Shown here piece by piece: positions 1 to 9,200 of a DNA stretch of 45,346 nucleotides (position 1 is the stretch's first letter; every line of letters begins with the position of its first letter). The DNA lies in contig JAHEZO010000005.1 of the NCBI GenBank assembly GCA_023250995.1, forward strand, positions 1 to 45,346, read 5' to 3'. Below the pieces are notes generated by a model. That model worked only from the letters and a program-made list of their open reading frames with translations. It ran no database searches and had not been told where the DNA came from. This stretch comes from Flavobacteriales bacterium. Lineage in GTDB: Bacteria; Bacteroidota; Bacteroidia; Flavobacteriales_H; JAHEZO01. A program made the translations under genes and the position numbers.

Positions 1-411
<411 letters not shown>

Positions 412-590
412 AAAAATTTCAAATTCCAAGAAGTAAGAACCAAATTCCAAGCCCCAGGGTAATATTGCAAAAAGAATCAAAAAAAGTATTCTCCACCGAG
501 AAATGGAGAACACAAAGAAGCGCTGCGAAAATTTATCTTTGTGAAACTTTGAGCCCTCTGTGGTAAAACCTTTTTTTAATTCAATTGTGG
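412..590. repeat. Diverged copy (A) of the palindromic intergenic element family, between convergent lysS and tfoX-like genes
   Basis: Nested hairpin: CCAC 493-496 / GTGG 560-563 and CACAAAGA 511-518 / CTTTGTG 537-543, flanked by an A-run and a T-run. Arm-like segments ATTTCAAATTCCAAG (417-430) and TTTAATTCAATT (~574-585) resemble the arms of copies B and D. An 11-bp direct repeat CAAATTCCAAG occurs at 420-430 and 441-451. Confidence 0.4.
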
Positions 591-592
591 TT

Positions 593-1009
593 TTAAGGAA
601 AGATATTTATTGCCTTATTCAAAACCCACTGCAAAAAAGCAATAAAAAAAAAGCAGCTACTGTTGATTTTACTTACCGGGTTTTTTTGATGAAGCTTCCC
701 CGTTTCCTTCAAGACCTTTTGCATCCACCAGTCGAAGTCCTTTTTATTTTTTGTGCCTTTTTCATCCACAAGCAACCAGCCCTTCATGGATTTTCCACTC
801 AGATTAAAAGGTTTTGCTCCTTCCTTTGAAAGAAGCTCCTCAGTTAATTCAGGCAGGCAGCGAACCATTAAGTGATCCTTGTTTACGCCAACGCACATTT
901 TACCGTTTATCAAAAAGGCAATTCCTCCGAACATTTTTTTCTCTTCAAGATTTTTTGTTCCCTTAAGGGATGCCCTGATTCGGGCTGCAATTTTTTCGTT
1001 ATAGGCCAT
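593..1009 (-). CDS. TfoX/Sxy N-terminal domain protein (paralog 1), with an atypical C-terminal tail
   Basis: MAYNEKIAARIR...KKMFGGIAFLINGKMCVGVNKDHLMVR...GKSMKGWLLVDEKG...DFDWWMQKVL matches the TfoX_N pattern. The last ~25 aa (..SSCFFFIAFLQWVLNKAINIFP) are encoded by A/T homopolymer-rich DNA, so the true stop is uncertain. Confidence 0.7.
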   Translation of the reverse strand: MAYNEKIAARIRASLKGTKNLEEKKMFGGIAFLINGKMCVGVNKDHLMVRCLPELTEELLSKEGAKPFNLSGKSMKGWLLVDEKGTKNKKDFDWWMQKVLKETGKLHQKNPVSKINSSCFFFIAFLQWVLNKAINIFP

Positions 1010-1014
1010 TGAAA

Positions 1015-1377
1015 TTAATTTTCTTTATTAAATTCCAGCGCTTTATTTATCCAAAAATCCAAATCCTTTTCATTGTCGAACCCATCGGGACTAATAAAAA
1101 GAAATCCTCTTAAAATCTTTCCGGTAAAATCCATTACTCCGCTTCCTTTTTGCAATAATAATTTTTCGTACGGACCATTCCCCACCCTTACCATAAGCCG
1201 ATCTTCTCCTGTTTTACGGTTTTTATCCACCCCAACACACATTTTATTGTTTACCATAAAAACAAGACCACCCATCATTTTTTTAATTTCCGTAAGTCCC
1301 TCCCCACTCAATCTTTGTTTAACCCTATCGGCCAAAAATTCATTGTATTGTTTTTCTTTTTTTATTTTTTTTGGCAT
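1015..1377 (-). CDS. TfoX/Sxy N-terminal domain protein (paralog 2)
   Basis: KKMMGGLVFMVNNKMCVGV...LMVRVG...MDFTGKILRGFLFISPDG...DLDFWINKALEFN shows the same TfoX_N pattern. It lies 5 nt downstream of paralog 1 on the same strand. Confidence 0.75.
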   Translation of the reverse strand: MPKKIKKEKQYNEFLADRVKQRLSGEGLTEIKKMMGGLVFMVNNKMCVGVDKNRKTGEDRLMVRVGNGPYEKLLLQKGSGVMDFTGKILRGFLFISPDGFDNEKDLDFWINKALEFNKEN

Positions 1378-1379
1378 AT

Positions 1380-1622
1380 TTATTAACTGATGTTACGCAC
1401 ATCTCTATTTCAAATTACAAATAACAATAATAATCAAATTGCAAATAAATTCCAATGGCCAATAAAGAAAATTCTAAACCGCTAAAGAAGATTTTTTTCG
1501 ACAATTATCGAAAAATCAAAATAGCAGACGGTTTGATAATTGAAATTTTGATATTGAATATTATTTGTATTTTGATATTTGTATTTTGGAAATTAATGTT
1601 ATTGCGTAACTTCAGATATTAA
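1380..1622. repeat. Non-coding unit I, bounded by inverted copies of a 20-bp motif (TTATTAACTGATGTTACGCA / TGCGTAACTTCAGATATTAA)
   Basis: Motif copy T1 at 1380-1399 matches the reverse complement of copy T2 at 1603-1622 in 17/20 positions by hand count. The interior is AT-rich, with TTTGATAWT x3 and a 14-bp tandem ATTTGTATTTTGAT/ATTTGTATTTTGGA at 1563-1590. Confidence 0.4.
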
Positions 1623-1967
1623 CTAAAGTTACGCAAAACAAATTTATGCCGAAATTTTTTAGATTGCTACAAAGCCACAAAGGCGCAAAAAAAACAGCTA
1701 AAGAAAATCTTTTGTGTCTTTGCATCTTCGCAGCGAAAAAAAAGTATTCATTTCAAATTAATTCTGTAGAAATTGTCATACGCCCAATATGAAATAGAAA
1801 TTCTAAATAGGTATTTACTCATTGCGTTACATTTTTATTTTTACTATATAACTACAACTTCGTTTATTATATAGGAAATGTTTTACCAATGAAAAAATGT
1901 CGTCCGAACTACATTGTACTCTTAATTGTGGTTCGTTTTTTTCATTTTGCGTAACATCACTTATTAA
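1616..1967. repeat. Non-coding unit II, bounded by inverted copies of the same 20-bp motif; contains palindromic element copy B
   Basis: T3 ATATTAACTAAAGTTACGCA (1616-1635) and T4 TGCGTAACATCACTTATTAA (1948-1967). The reverse complement of T4 matches T1 at 18/20, and T3 matches T1 at 17/20. T2 and T3 overlap by 7 nt and together form an 11-bp stem: TTGCGTAACTT 1602-1612 / AAGTTACGCAA 1626-1636. Confidence 0.4.
1632..1790 (-). repeat. Copy B of the palindromic MITE-like element family
   Basis: The reverse complement of 1700-1797 aligns by hand to 37398-37500 (copy C) at roughly 85-90% over ~95 nt. For example, ATATTGGGCGTATGACAATTTCTACAGAATTAATTTGAAATGAATAC aligns with ATATGGGCTTATGACAATTTAGGCAGAATTAATTTGAACTGAATAA. 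Central hairpin: GCTAC 1666-1670 / GCAGC 1730-1734 with inner CACAAAG/TTTTGTG. Confidence 0.55.
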
Positions 1968-1981
1968 TTCATGTAAATATG

Positions 1982-3715
1982 CTATTTAAAAATTTCCGGT
2001 ATTGGCTTTCCTGTATTTCCATCCGGAAATTGAATATTTAAAAGCAACGATACGGTGGGAGCAATATCGGTAATGCTTACTTCAGAAACAGTACTTCCGG
2101 TTTTTATTAACCCTCCATAAAAAATCAACGGCACATGGGTATCGTAAGAATAGGGTGATCCATGCGTGGTTCCGGTTTTACCGTATTCCACCCAACCCGG
2201 CTCAAAATTTAACATTACATCGCCCGATCGTTTAATATTAAATCCATTTTGAATTAGCATTCGCGGCCTATCGGAGAAAGAAGAATTTTTAAAGGAGGTT
2301 GAGGTTATCGTTTGGGCAACGCCTTGTTTTTTTATGAAAAAAGCTGCGATAAAATCTTCAACTTCCGCTTTGTTTATTTTTTTTTCTTCTATTGTTTTTT
2401 GGTTCAGATAAACCTGCTGATTTGTAAAGGAAAGAATTAAACTATCGCCATATTTGGTGTTAAAAATTTTTTTTAAACTATCAATATCACTCCCGAAACC
2501 GGCATATCCCGAAGGAATTTTTAAATCGGTAAGGTAGGCAGGAACTTCTATCGCCCCATGATCAGCAGTAAGAAACAAGAGCAAATTGTTTTTACCAACC
2601 CAGGTATCAAGAAATTTTATCAAATCAGCAATATCCTTATCCAAACGAATATAACAATCTTCCACCTCAATGGATTGTGGGCCGTACAAATGTCCAATAT
2701 AATCGGTAGAAGAAAAGCTCAAACATAAAAAATCAGTGGATGGTCCTTTGCCAAGGTTTTCTGCCTTTATGGTTTCCATTGCAAAATCCTTGGTGAATGA
2801 ATTACCGAATGGTGTATTCCGGATAATTCCGGCACCAAACTTTTTTTTCATTTGGGGCAAATCGTAAGGAAAAACCGGGTTGATCGAATCACGGCCCGAC
2901 CCTTCATACTTATTATTATCCGAGAGAGATTCGGTGTATTGATTGACTGGGAAAAATGTACTCCAAGGTTTATTCAAATAATCATTCCAAATTTTTTTTT
3001 CATTAAAAACTTTTACCCAGTCAGGCAGTGCATTCATATAATAAGAGCTTGTAATCCAGTTTCCGCTGACATCGTCAAACCAATATGCAGCGTTGGCACT
3101 GTGGCCTGCAGGTAAAATGGCGCCCCGGTCTTTTAGAGCCACACCAATCACTTTTGATTTCATATTAGAGGAGAGGCGAAGCTGATCTCCAATAGTGGTT
3201 GTAAGCAAATTCCCAGGTGACATCTGGCCGGCAAGGGAAGTACTTCCAATGGTTTGAACTGTTTTATCCTCCGAACAATAAACATATTTATTTTCATCTC
3301 TGCTATACCAGTTATTTCCTGCAATGCCATTTATTGATGGTGTAGTTCCTGTGTAAACTGATGCATGGCCCGGCCCGGTGTAGGTAGGAGCATAATTATA
3401 ATTGGTGTTTTTGCAAAAAAATCCTTCGTTCACCAAACGCCTGAAGCCATCGGTTTCATATTTTTCCCAGTAACGGTAAATATAATCATAACGCATCTGG
3501 TCAACAATAATACCCACCACAAGTTTAGGAACAGGGTTGGTGGCTGGTTTTTGATTTTGACCAAACATGGAACCGATATAAAAAAAGAAAAAGAGAAAAA
3601 TTAGGAGTGAAAGCGGAACCCCGAAGACGGAAGCATGGAGCTTGTTAATGCAGGTTGTAAATTTGGAGGCAAATTCCCATTGAAGTTCAGGCATCCTTTT
3701 GAAATAAATTTTCAT
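1982..3715 (-). CDS. pafA: Alkaline phosphatase, PafA / nucleotide pyrophosphatase-phosphodiesterase superfamily, secreted
   Basis: GIIVDQMRYDYIYRYW, APTYTGPGHASVYTGTTPSINGI, FTADHG and GTTHGSPYSYDTHVPLIFYG are metal-site and nucleophile-region motifs of AlkP-core PafA-like enzymes. There is a hydrophobic N-terminal signal, and the ATG lies 1 nt after the crcB stop. Confidence 0.85.
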   Translation of the reverse strand: MKIYFKRMPELQWEFASKFTTCINKLHASVFGVPLSLLIFLFFFFYIGSMFGQNQKPATNPVPKLVVGIIVDQMRYDYIYRYWEKYETDGFRRLVNEGFFCKNTNYNYAPTYTGPGHASVYTGTTPSINGIAGNNWYSRDENKYVYCSEDKTVQTIGSTSLAGQMSPGNLLTTTIGDQLRLSSNMKSKVIGVALKDRGAILPAGHSANAAYWFDDVSGNWITSSYYMNALPDWVKVFNEKKIWNDYLNKPWSTFFPVNQYTESLSDNNKYEGSGRDSINPVFPYDLPQMKKKFGAGIIRNTPFGNSFTKDFAMETIKAENLGKGPSTDFLCLSFSSTDYIGHLYGPQSIEVEDCYIRLDKDIADLIKFLDTWVGKNNLLLFLTADHGAIEVPAYLTDLKIPSGYAGFGSDIDSLKKIFNTKYGDSLILSFTNQQVYLNQKTIEEKKINKAEVEDFIAAFFIKKQGVAQTITSTSFKNSSFSDRPRMLIQNGFNIKRSGDVMLNFEPGWVEYGKTGTTHGSPYSYDTHVPLIFYGGLIKTGSTVSEVSITDIAPTVSLLLNIQFPDGNTGKPIPEIFK

Positions 3716-3716
3716 T

Positions 3717-4082
3717 TTAATATGATTTTGAAAGGAAAAATATTATACAAAAGCAAACAAGGATATTCATTGCTATATTTAATATAGCAAACGATAAATT
3801 TCCCGAACGCATCAAATCAATTGTTTCCTGACTGAAGGTGGAAAACGTGCTGAACCCACCACAAAATCCGGTAAGGAGAAAAAACCGAAGCGGTGAATTC
3901 GGAATTATTTTTTCGCTTAAAAATCCAACGGAAACAGCCAGAATCAAACAACTTAAAGTGTTTGAAAAAAAAGTTCCCAATGGGAATTCAGTGCGAAAAA
4001 AAACCGAACAAATTTTTCCCACTCCGAATCTGGCAAGAGAACCAAAGCCGCCACCCAGAAAGATGTATAATATGGTATTCAA
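3717..4082 (-). CDS. crcB: Fluoride ion channel CrcB/FluC
   Basis: LGGGFGSLARF...GTFFSNTLSCLIL...TGFCGGFSTFSTFSQE is the CrcB signature. I prefer the in-frame TTG at 4082-4080 (121 aa, N-terminus MNTILYIFLGGG) over the track ATG at 4142. That ATG would overlap the PAP2 gene by 63 nt. TTG and the PAP2 TGA stop overlap as TTGA. Confidence 0.8.
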   Translation of the reverse strand: MNTILYIFLGGGFGSLARFGVGKICSVFFRTEFPLGTFFSNTLSCLILAVSVGFLSEKIIPNSPLRFFLLTGFCGGFSTFSTFSQETIDLMRSGNLSFAILNIAMNILVCFCIIFFLSKSY

Positions 4083-4642
4083 AATTGTAATTTCTGTTCT
4101 GCAATAATAAACAATCGGAAAACAATGTACCCAACAATACATCCAAGCAATGCTCCAAAAACAACATCCGATGGATAATGAACCCCCAGATAAACTCTGC
4201 TGTAAGAATTAAGAATGGCCCAGAATATAACCAAAACCGAAAAATATTTTTTTTGAAAAACAAAACTGAGAAATACGGCCAGGGCGAAAGTATTGGCCGC
4301 ATGAGAGGAAATAAATCCGTATTGTCCGCCACAGTAACCATCCACCAGATGTACTAATTGTTTAATATTTTCATTATAGCAGGGGCGGTAACGCATAAAA
4401 ACGTTTTTGAAAACCTGAACCGAAATCTGGTCGGAGATCAAAACCATAATTAGAATTGAAATTAAAAGAAGAAAAGATTTTTTACCATATTTTTTCCAAA
4501 TAAAAAAAAGAAAAAACCCGTAAAGGGGAACCCAGGTAAATTTATAACTTGCCCACCACATGAGTACATCAAAAAAATCATTGTGTTTTCCGTTGAGAAA
4601 AAGGAAAAGGCGGGTGTCCGTATTTTTGAGAAGCTCTATCAA
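4079..4642 (-). CDS. PAP2-family (type 2 phosphatidic acid / undecaprenyl-diphosphate type) membrane phosphatase
   Basis: The three PAP2 motifs are present: KNVFMRYRP, SFISSHA and SRVYLGVHYPSDV. The protein has multiple TM helices. Confidence 0.85.
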   Translation of the reverse strand: MIELLKNTDTRLFLFLNGKHNDFFDVLMWWASYKFTWVPLYGFFLFFIWKKYGKKSFLLLISILIMVLISDQISVQVFKNVFMRYRPCYNENIKQLVHLVDGYCGGQYGFISSHAANTFALAVFLSFVFQKKYFSVLVIFWAILNSYSRVYLGVHYPSDVVFGALLGCIVGYIVFRLFIIAEQKLQF

Positions 4643-4648
4643 AAAACG

Positions 4649-6103
4649 TTATTTTATTGATGAAATAATTTCAGAAAATTCATCTTGATTTTTTAATGAT
4701 GAGAATACCTCATCATTTTCAATTCTGTTCTTATCATTGAATCCCAGCAAAATTGCCTTTTTTAAGGATTCAATGGCCATTTCCCGTTGGCCCGTTTTAA
4801 TAAATAATTGAGCCCTCATATAAGCATGCTCAGGATTTTCCGGTTCAAGAAGAGCATAAATTTTTAAAAAAACATCTGTTTCCGGCAACAAATTTTTATT
4901 TAATCCATTGTTTGAATACATATAAGCAACCAGGCCCAGATAGCCCAACATCCGTTTTGCTTCCAATGATTTTTCACTCTTCAGATTCTTTATTGCCTTA
5001 ATCCACCATTCAACATTTTTAGAGGCAAATGCGGCTGAATATTCCTGTTGATTTTCAAGTTCACGTTTTTCCAGGGCTTTTTGATTATTTAAAATGGAAA
5101 TATATGCAGGTGATTTTTCGATGACAGCAAGTTTTTTTTGGTAAACAGAAACATCCGCAAGTCCATCAAGCGAATTAATAATTTTTTTGTAAGAAACAGC
5201 CAATGCTGAAAGGTTATTATCATTATTTGAAATAAAAATTTCATTTTCCGATTTTTTGATAAATGATTTTATTATTGAATCATTTTTCGGAATCAATCCC
5301 TCAGCCATTGCATTAAACTCAAACCACAAAAAGACTTCTTCCATGGTTTTTTCGGGAGGCCATTCGTGTTTTCCATCAAAAAAAACCAGTTCGTGTTTTA
5401 GGGGAGAATTTTCAAGAGCCAGGTTCAGATTTTTTAACTCAATCAAATTAAAATCTGCCTCCCCGGCAACTCCAATAAAATTAAATTTAGTGCGAATGGG
5501 TTCAGTCATATTCGGAAAACCGGCACCGCAGCCGGCTACTCCGGCAATACCGCCAATTTTTAGGGCAATGGAACTTGCCACCCTTGAACCGCCCGAAAAG
5601 CCACTGGTGTATACCCTGCCGGGGTCAACGGAAAATTTTTCCTTAACATCCTCCATAAAAATTTCGACATGATGTTGAAGAATATCTGCTGGGAGACCGT
5701 TTTTTGAAACGTTTGAACCCGCTATAATAAAATTATATTTTTCAGCAAGGCCTTTATATTTTTCTACCGGCAAAACGCCATCTGCATGCGAATCAAAAAA
5801 ATAAATAACCGAAAATTTGCCGAAATTTGCCGGAGCTTTGCCAGGTTGGTTTATAGCTGAATAAGTTGTTGGAAGATACAGCGAATAGGATTGCAAAGAA
5901 TCTCTTTTGCAAAAAATTTTTTTATGAACAACTCCACTCGAAATGGAGGTATCTTTTAAAGGTGCAATAGGCTGAACTATCGGTGAAGAAATAATTCCAA
6001 ATTCCGGTTTTTTTTTCGTTGGGGAGCAGGAAAAAAGGAGGAAAAATGAAAAAAGAATTAATGAAAAAGAATTAATTGAAAATCCACTAAAGTCATTTTT
6101 CAT
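4649..6103 (-). CDS. Lipoprotein alpha/beta-hydrolase (esterase / PHB-depolymerase-like) with C-terminal TPR-like helical region
   Basis: Lipobox LLFSC near the N-terminus. Nucleophile elbow GFSGGS follows VYTSGFSGGSRVAS. The C-terminal ~170 aa are helical-repeat-like (..AYMRAQLFIKTGQREMAIESLKKAILLG). Confidence 0.65.
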   Translation of the reverse strand: MKNDFSGFSINSFSLILFSFFLLFSCSPTKKKPEFGIISSPIVQPIAPLKDTSISSGVVHKKIFCKRDSLQSYSLYLPTTYSAINQPGKAPANFGKFSVIYFFDSHADGVLPVEKYKGLAEKYNFIIAGSNVSKNGLPADILQHHVEIFMEDVKEKFSVDPGRVYTSGFSGGSRVASSIALKIGGIAGVAGCGAGFPNMTEPIRTKFNFIGVAGEADFNLIELKNLNLALENSPLKHELVFFDGKHEWPPEKTMEEVFLWFEFNAMAEGLIPKNDSIIKSFIKKSENEIFISNNDNNLSALAVSYKKIINSLDGLADVSVYQKKLAVIEKSPAYISILNNQKALEKRELENQQEYSAAFASKNVEWWIKAIKNLKSEKSLEAKRMLGYLGLVAYMYSNNGLNKNLLPETDVFLKIYALLEPENPEHAYMRAQLFIKTGQREMAIESLKKAILLGFNDKNRIENDEVFSSLKNQDEFSEIISSIK

Positions 6104-6245
6104 CTCAAATAATTTCTTTTGGTTTGATACATCATTAAATACCCCATTTTATTTGCCTCCTTCAAAAAAGAACGGTTGCCTATTGAACCTTACACAAGCC
6201 CTAAAAGATTCTGAAAAAAATTCCCCAATCACAGATTGTTACCCA

Positions 6246-9200
6246 TTAATCCTCATCCCCCACCGCTTTTTCATGCCAGGGGAAAGTTGAATTGTATTTC
6301 CCTTCCCAGTAAAATTTACCTCTTTTAGTGTCGTAATTGCCAATTTCATTCATGGTTTCGCAATCATATATCCGCCCGTTCACCATGGTGTATTTAATGC
6401 TTTCGGAATTTCTGATATCATCCAGGGGATTTTTTTCTAAAATAATCAAATCTGCAAGTTTTCCTTTTTCAAGTGAGCCTATTTCTTTTTCCATTCCAAT
6501 GTATTCAGCCCCGTTCATGGTTGCACAACGCAATGCCTGCATGTTACTCATTCCGCCCATGGCTAACATCCATAATTCCCAGTGGGCACCAATGCCCTGA
6601 ATTTGTCCGTGCGAACCAAGATTTATTTTCACCCCGGCATCAGCCAGTTTTTTACAGCTTTTAGAAACTAAAATAAAACCGTTTTCAAATTCTTCATCAG
6701 GTATAATGGTGCGGTGACGGGCTTTGGAATCAATAATAAACCTGGGAGTATATTTCAATAGCTTTTCATTTTCCCAAACATTTGTTTTCTGGTACCAATA
6801 ATTTTCACCGGCCATTGCACCATAGCATACAATGAGTGTCGGGGTATAGCCGGTTTTACTGTTCGACCAGAGCTTTACGATATCATTATATAAAGGTGCA
6901 TAAGGAAGATTGTGCTCCACTCCGGTATGTCCATCTAAAATATGAGTAAGATTATACCAAGTGGTGGAACCTCCCTCAGGATAAACCATTATCCCCAACT
7001 GCCGGGCAGCCTCAATCACTTGCTGCCTTTGCTCTCTTCTTGGCTGGTTGTAACTTTTAACCGAAAATGCTCCGAATGCTTTGGTTCTGCGAATGGCCGA
7101 TTTTGCATCCTCCAGGGAATTTATAACCGCTTTAAAATCACCATCGGCTCCATAAAGAATGGTTCCGGTAGAAAAAATTCTGGGCCCAACCATCCTTCCG
7201 GCTTTTACCATTTCTGATTGAGAAAAAACCATTTCACTGTTCGAAGAGGGATCATGTGTGGTAGTTACTCCATAGGCAAGATTTGCATAATAGCTCCATT
7301 GCTTTTTCGGACTAAGCCCAAGCCTGAATGTACCAAGGTGCGCATGCACATCTACAAAACCCGGCATTATGGTTTTTCCGGTAATATCCATGATTTTTGC
7401 TCCCTCCGGAATTTTTACATCTTCTGTTTTCCCTAAATCTAAAATTCTGTTTTCATTTATAATTATGGTTCCGTTTTCAATCACCTCATCCCCCTTGCCC
7501 CCGGTGGACGGATCACCCGAAATGCTGGACATTGTAATTATCCTTGCCCCTTTCAAAGCAATCATTCCCCTGGGTTTATCTGTTGTTAACACCAACTTAA
7601 TTTTTAATCCCACCGAATCCATGGGCGCAATGCTATCGGGAGAACCAGGTAAAAATTTAAAACGGTTTTTAATTTCATTGGTGAAGTATTCATCCCCTAC
7701 AGTCCAGTGAATTTTTTTGCTGTCGGCACTCCAGTGTATGCTGTTTCCATCATCACGGCCAACCTGTGAAATGGGAACCGACTTGGTTCCCGAGGAAAGT
7801 TCCACGGTTTTTCCGGTAGCGGGCATTGCAGCAACAAAAACTTTATAAAGGTCGCGGTAGGCCACCCAGTTCCCATCCGGACTGGGCACAAAAGAATTTG
7901 CATATTTGGAAGTGAAATGTGTGATTACGTCCTTGCCGTTCAAATCACAGGATTTTATTGCGTGCCTTTGTTCCTCACCACTTCCCTCTGAAGAAAGAAA
8001 AAAAATTCTTTTACCGTCATTCGAAAATGACGGTTCTTCTCCTTCTTTGGTAACCAGTATTCCCTTCCCCCCGGTTGAGGGCATGATGTAAATTCCCGGG
8101 TTAACACAATAGGCACCGCCCTGGTGATCGTTGCCATCTTCTTTCATATAAACAATATTTTTACCATCATGCGAAAATTTTGGTGTGCGGTAAATGCCTT
8201 TTTCGGAGGTAAGTGTGCTTGTTTTTTTCTCCGCAAGATTCAATTTTTTAATGCTTCCTGTTTCTTCATCACTCCAGGTTATGTAAATAATTTCATTGCC
8301 ATTGGGAGAAACCGAAGGCTCAAATTCAAAATCAGTCCCGTTTGTCAATCGGGTTGGAAGCACCGAAACAGAATAAGGTAAAGATGGATCCGGCAATTGC
8401 TTTTTCCACAAATATCCCGCGGCATTGAAATATAATGATTTCCCATCCGGGGAGGTAATTGCTTGACGAATGGCTTTAGCTGTAAATTTTTCAGGGGAAG
8501 CCTCCTGACGAAATTTTATTGCATCATAAATTTTGTGTTTGCACTTTGCTGTAAAGGGAATTTCGGTTGTGAGGGAAGTTTTAATATCTAATTTCCAAAT
8601 TTTCCCTTCCGCCCAAATAATAATATTATTAGAATCCAACCACTGAAAATTCGGATACACTCCGAAAATGGCCCATGCCTCCTGCTGGTCTTTGGTGAGT
8701 TTATCGTATACCGGCCATTCTTCTCCGGTTTCTAAATTTCGCAAATACAAAACCGTTTTTGTGCGTACTCTTCTTACAAAAGCAAGGGTATTTCCATCTT
8801 TAGAAATCTGCGGCCGAAAAGCACTTCCGCTTCCTCCGGTTACCATTTCGATTTCCCCTTTTTCCCGGTCGTATCTTTTAATTGCATAAATCTGATTATT
8901 GGGGTCCTTGTTGTATTGAAACACTCCGCCCGGATACACATCTTCACTGTAATATATATAACGGCCATCCGGAGAAATGGAAGGCTCTCCAAGGTCTTGC
9001 TGATCATTTTTGCGTTTGGTAAGCTGAATTCCCTCCCCTCCCGAAAAATGATAAATCCATAATTCACCCGCGCCAAGTGATCGTCTTGAGGTAAAATGCT
9101 TTCGGGCAATTAGATAATTTCCATCGGGGGTCCATACGGCATTGTTGAGCAATCTGAAATCTTCTTTGGTTACCTGTTTTGGCCCGGAGCCATCGCGGTT

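Noticed and set aside
1380-1967. Possible CRISPR array, considered because a ~20-bp motif recurs
   Set aside because: The copies are in alternating orientation with irregular spacing (about 200, overlapping, and about 310 nt). There are only four copies and no cas genes, which is inconsistent with a CRISPR array.
4083-4142. Fluoride riboswitch in front of crcB
   Set aside because: There is no intergenic space, because this stretch is PAP2 coding sequence. I could not find the conserved riboswitch core by eye anywhere between 3700 and 6250.
3988-4341. Track ORF 3988..4341 (-), 117 aa, and the ATG-4142 extension of crcB
   Set aside because: The ORF is out of frame with the PAP2 and CrcB motifs. 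The ATG-4142 start would add a non-CrcB-like N-terminus overlapping PAP2 by 63 nt, whereas TTG 4082 gives a canonical CrcB N-terminus and a TTGA stop/start overlap.
5256-5672. Track ORF 5256..5672 (+), 138 aa
   Set aside because: It is antisense to the alpha/beta-hydrolase gene, exactly over its catalytic-motif region, and has no features of its own.
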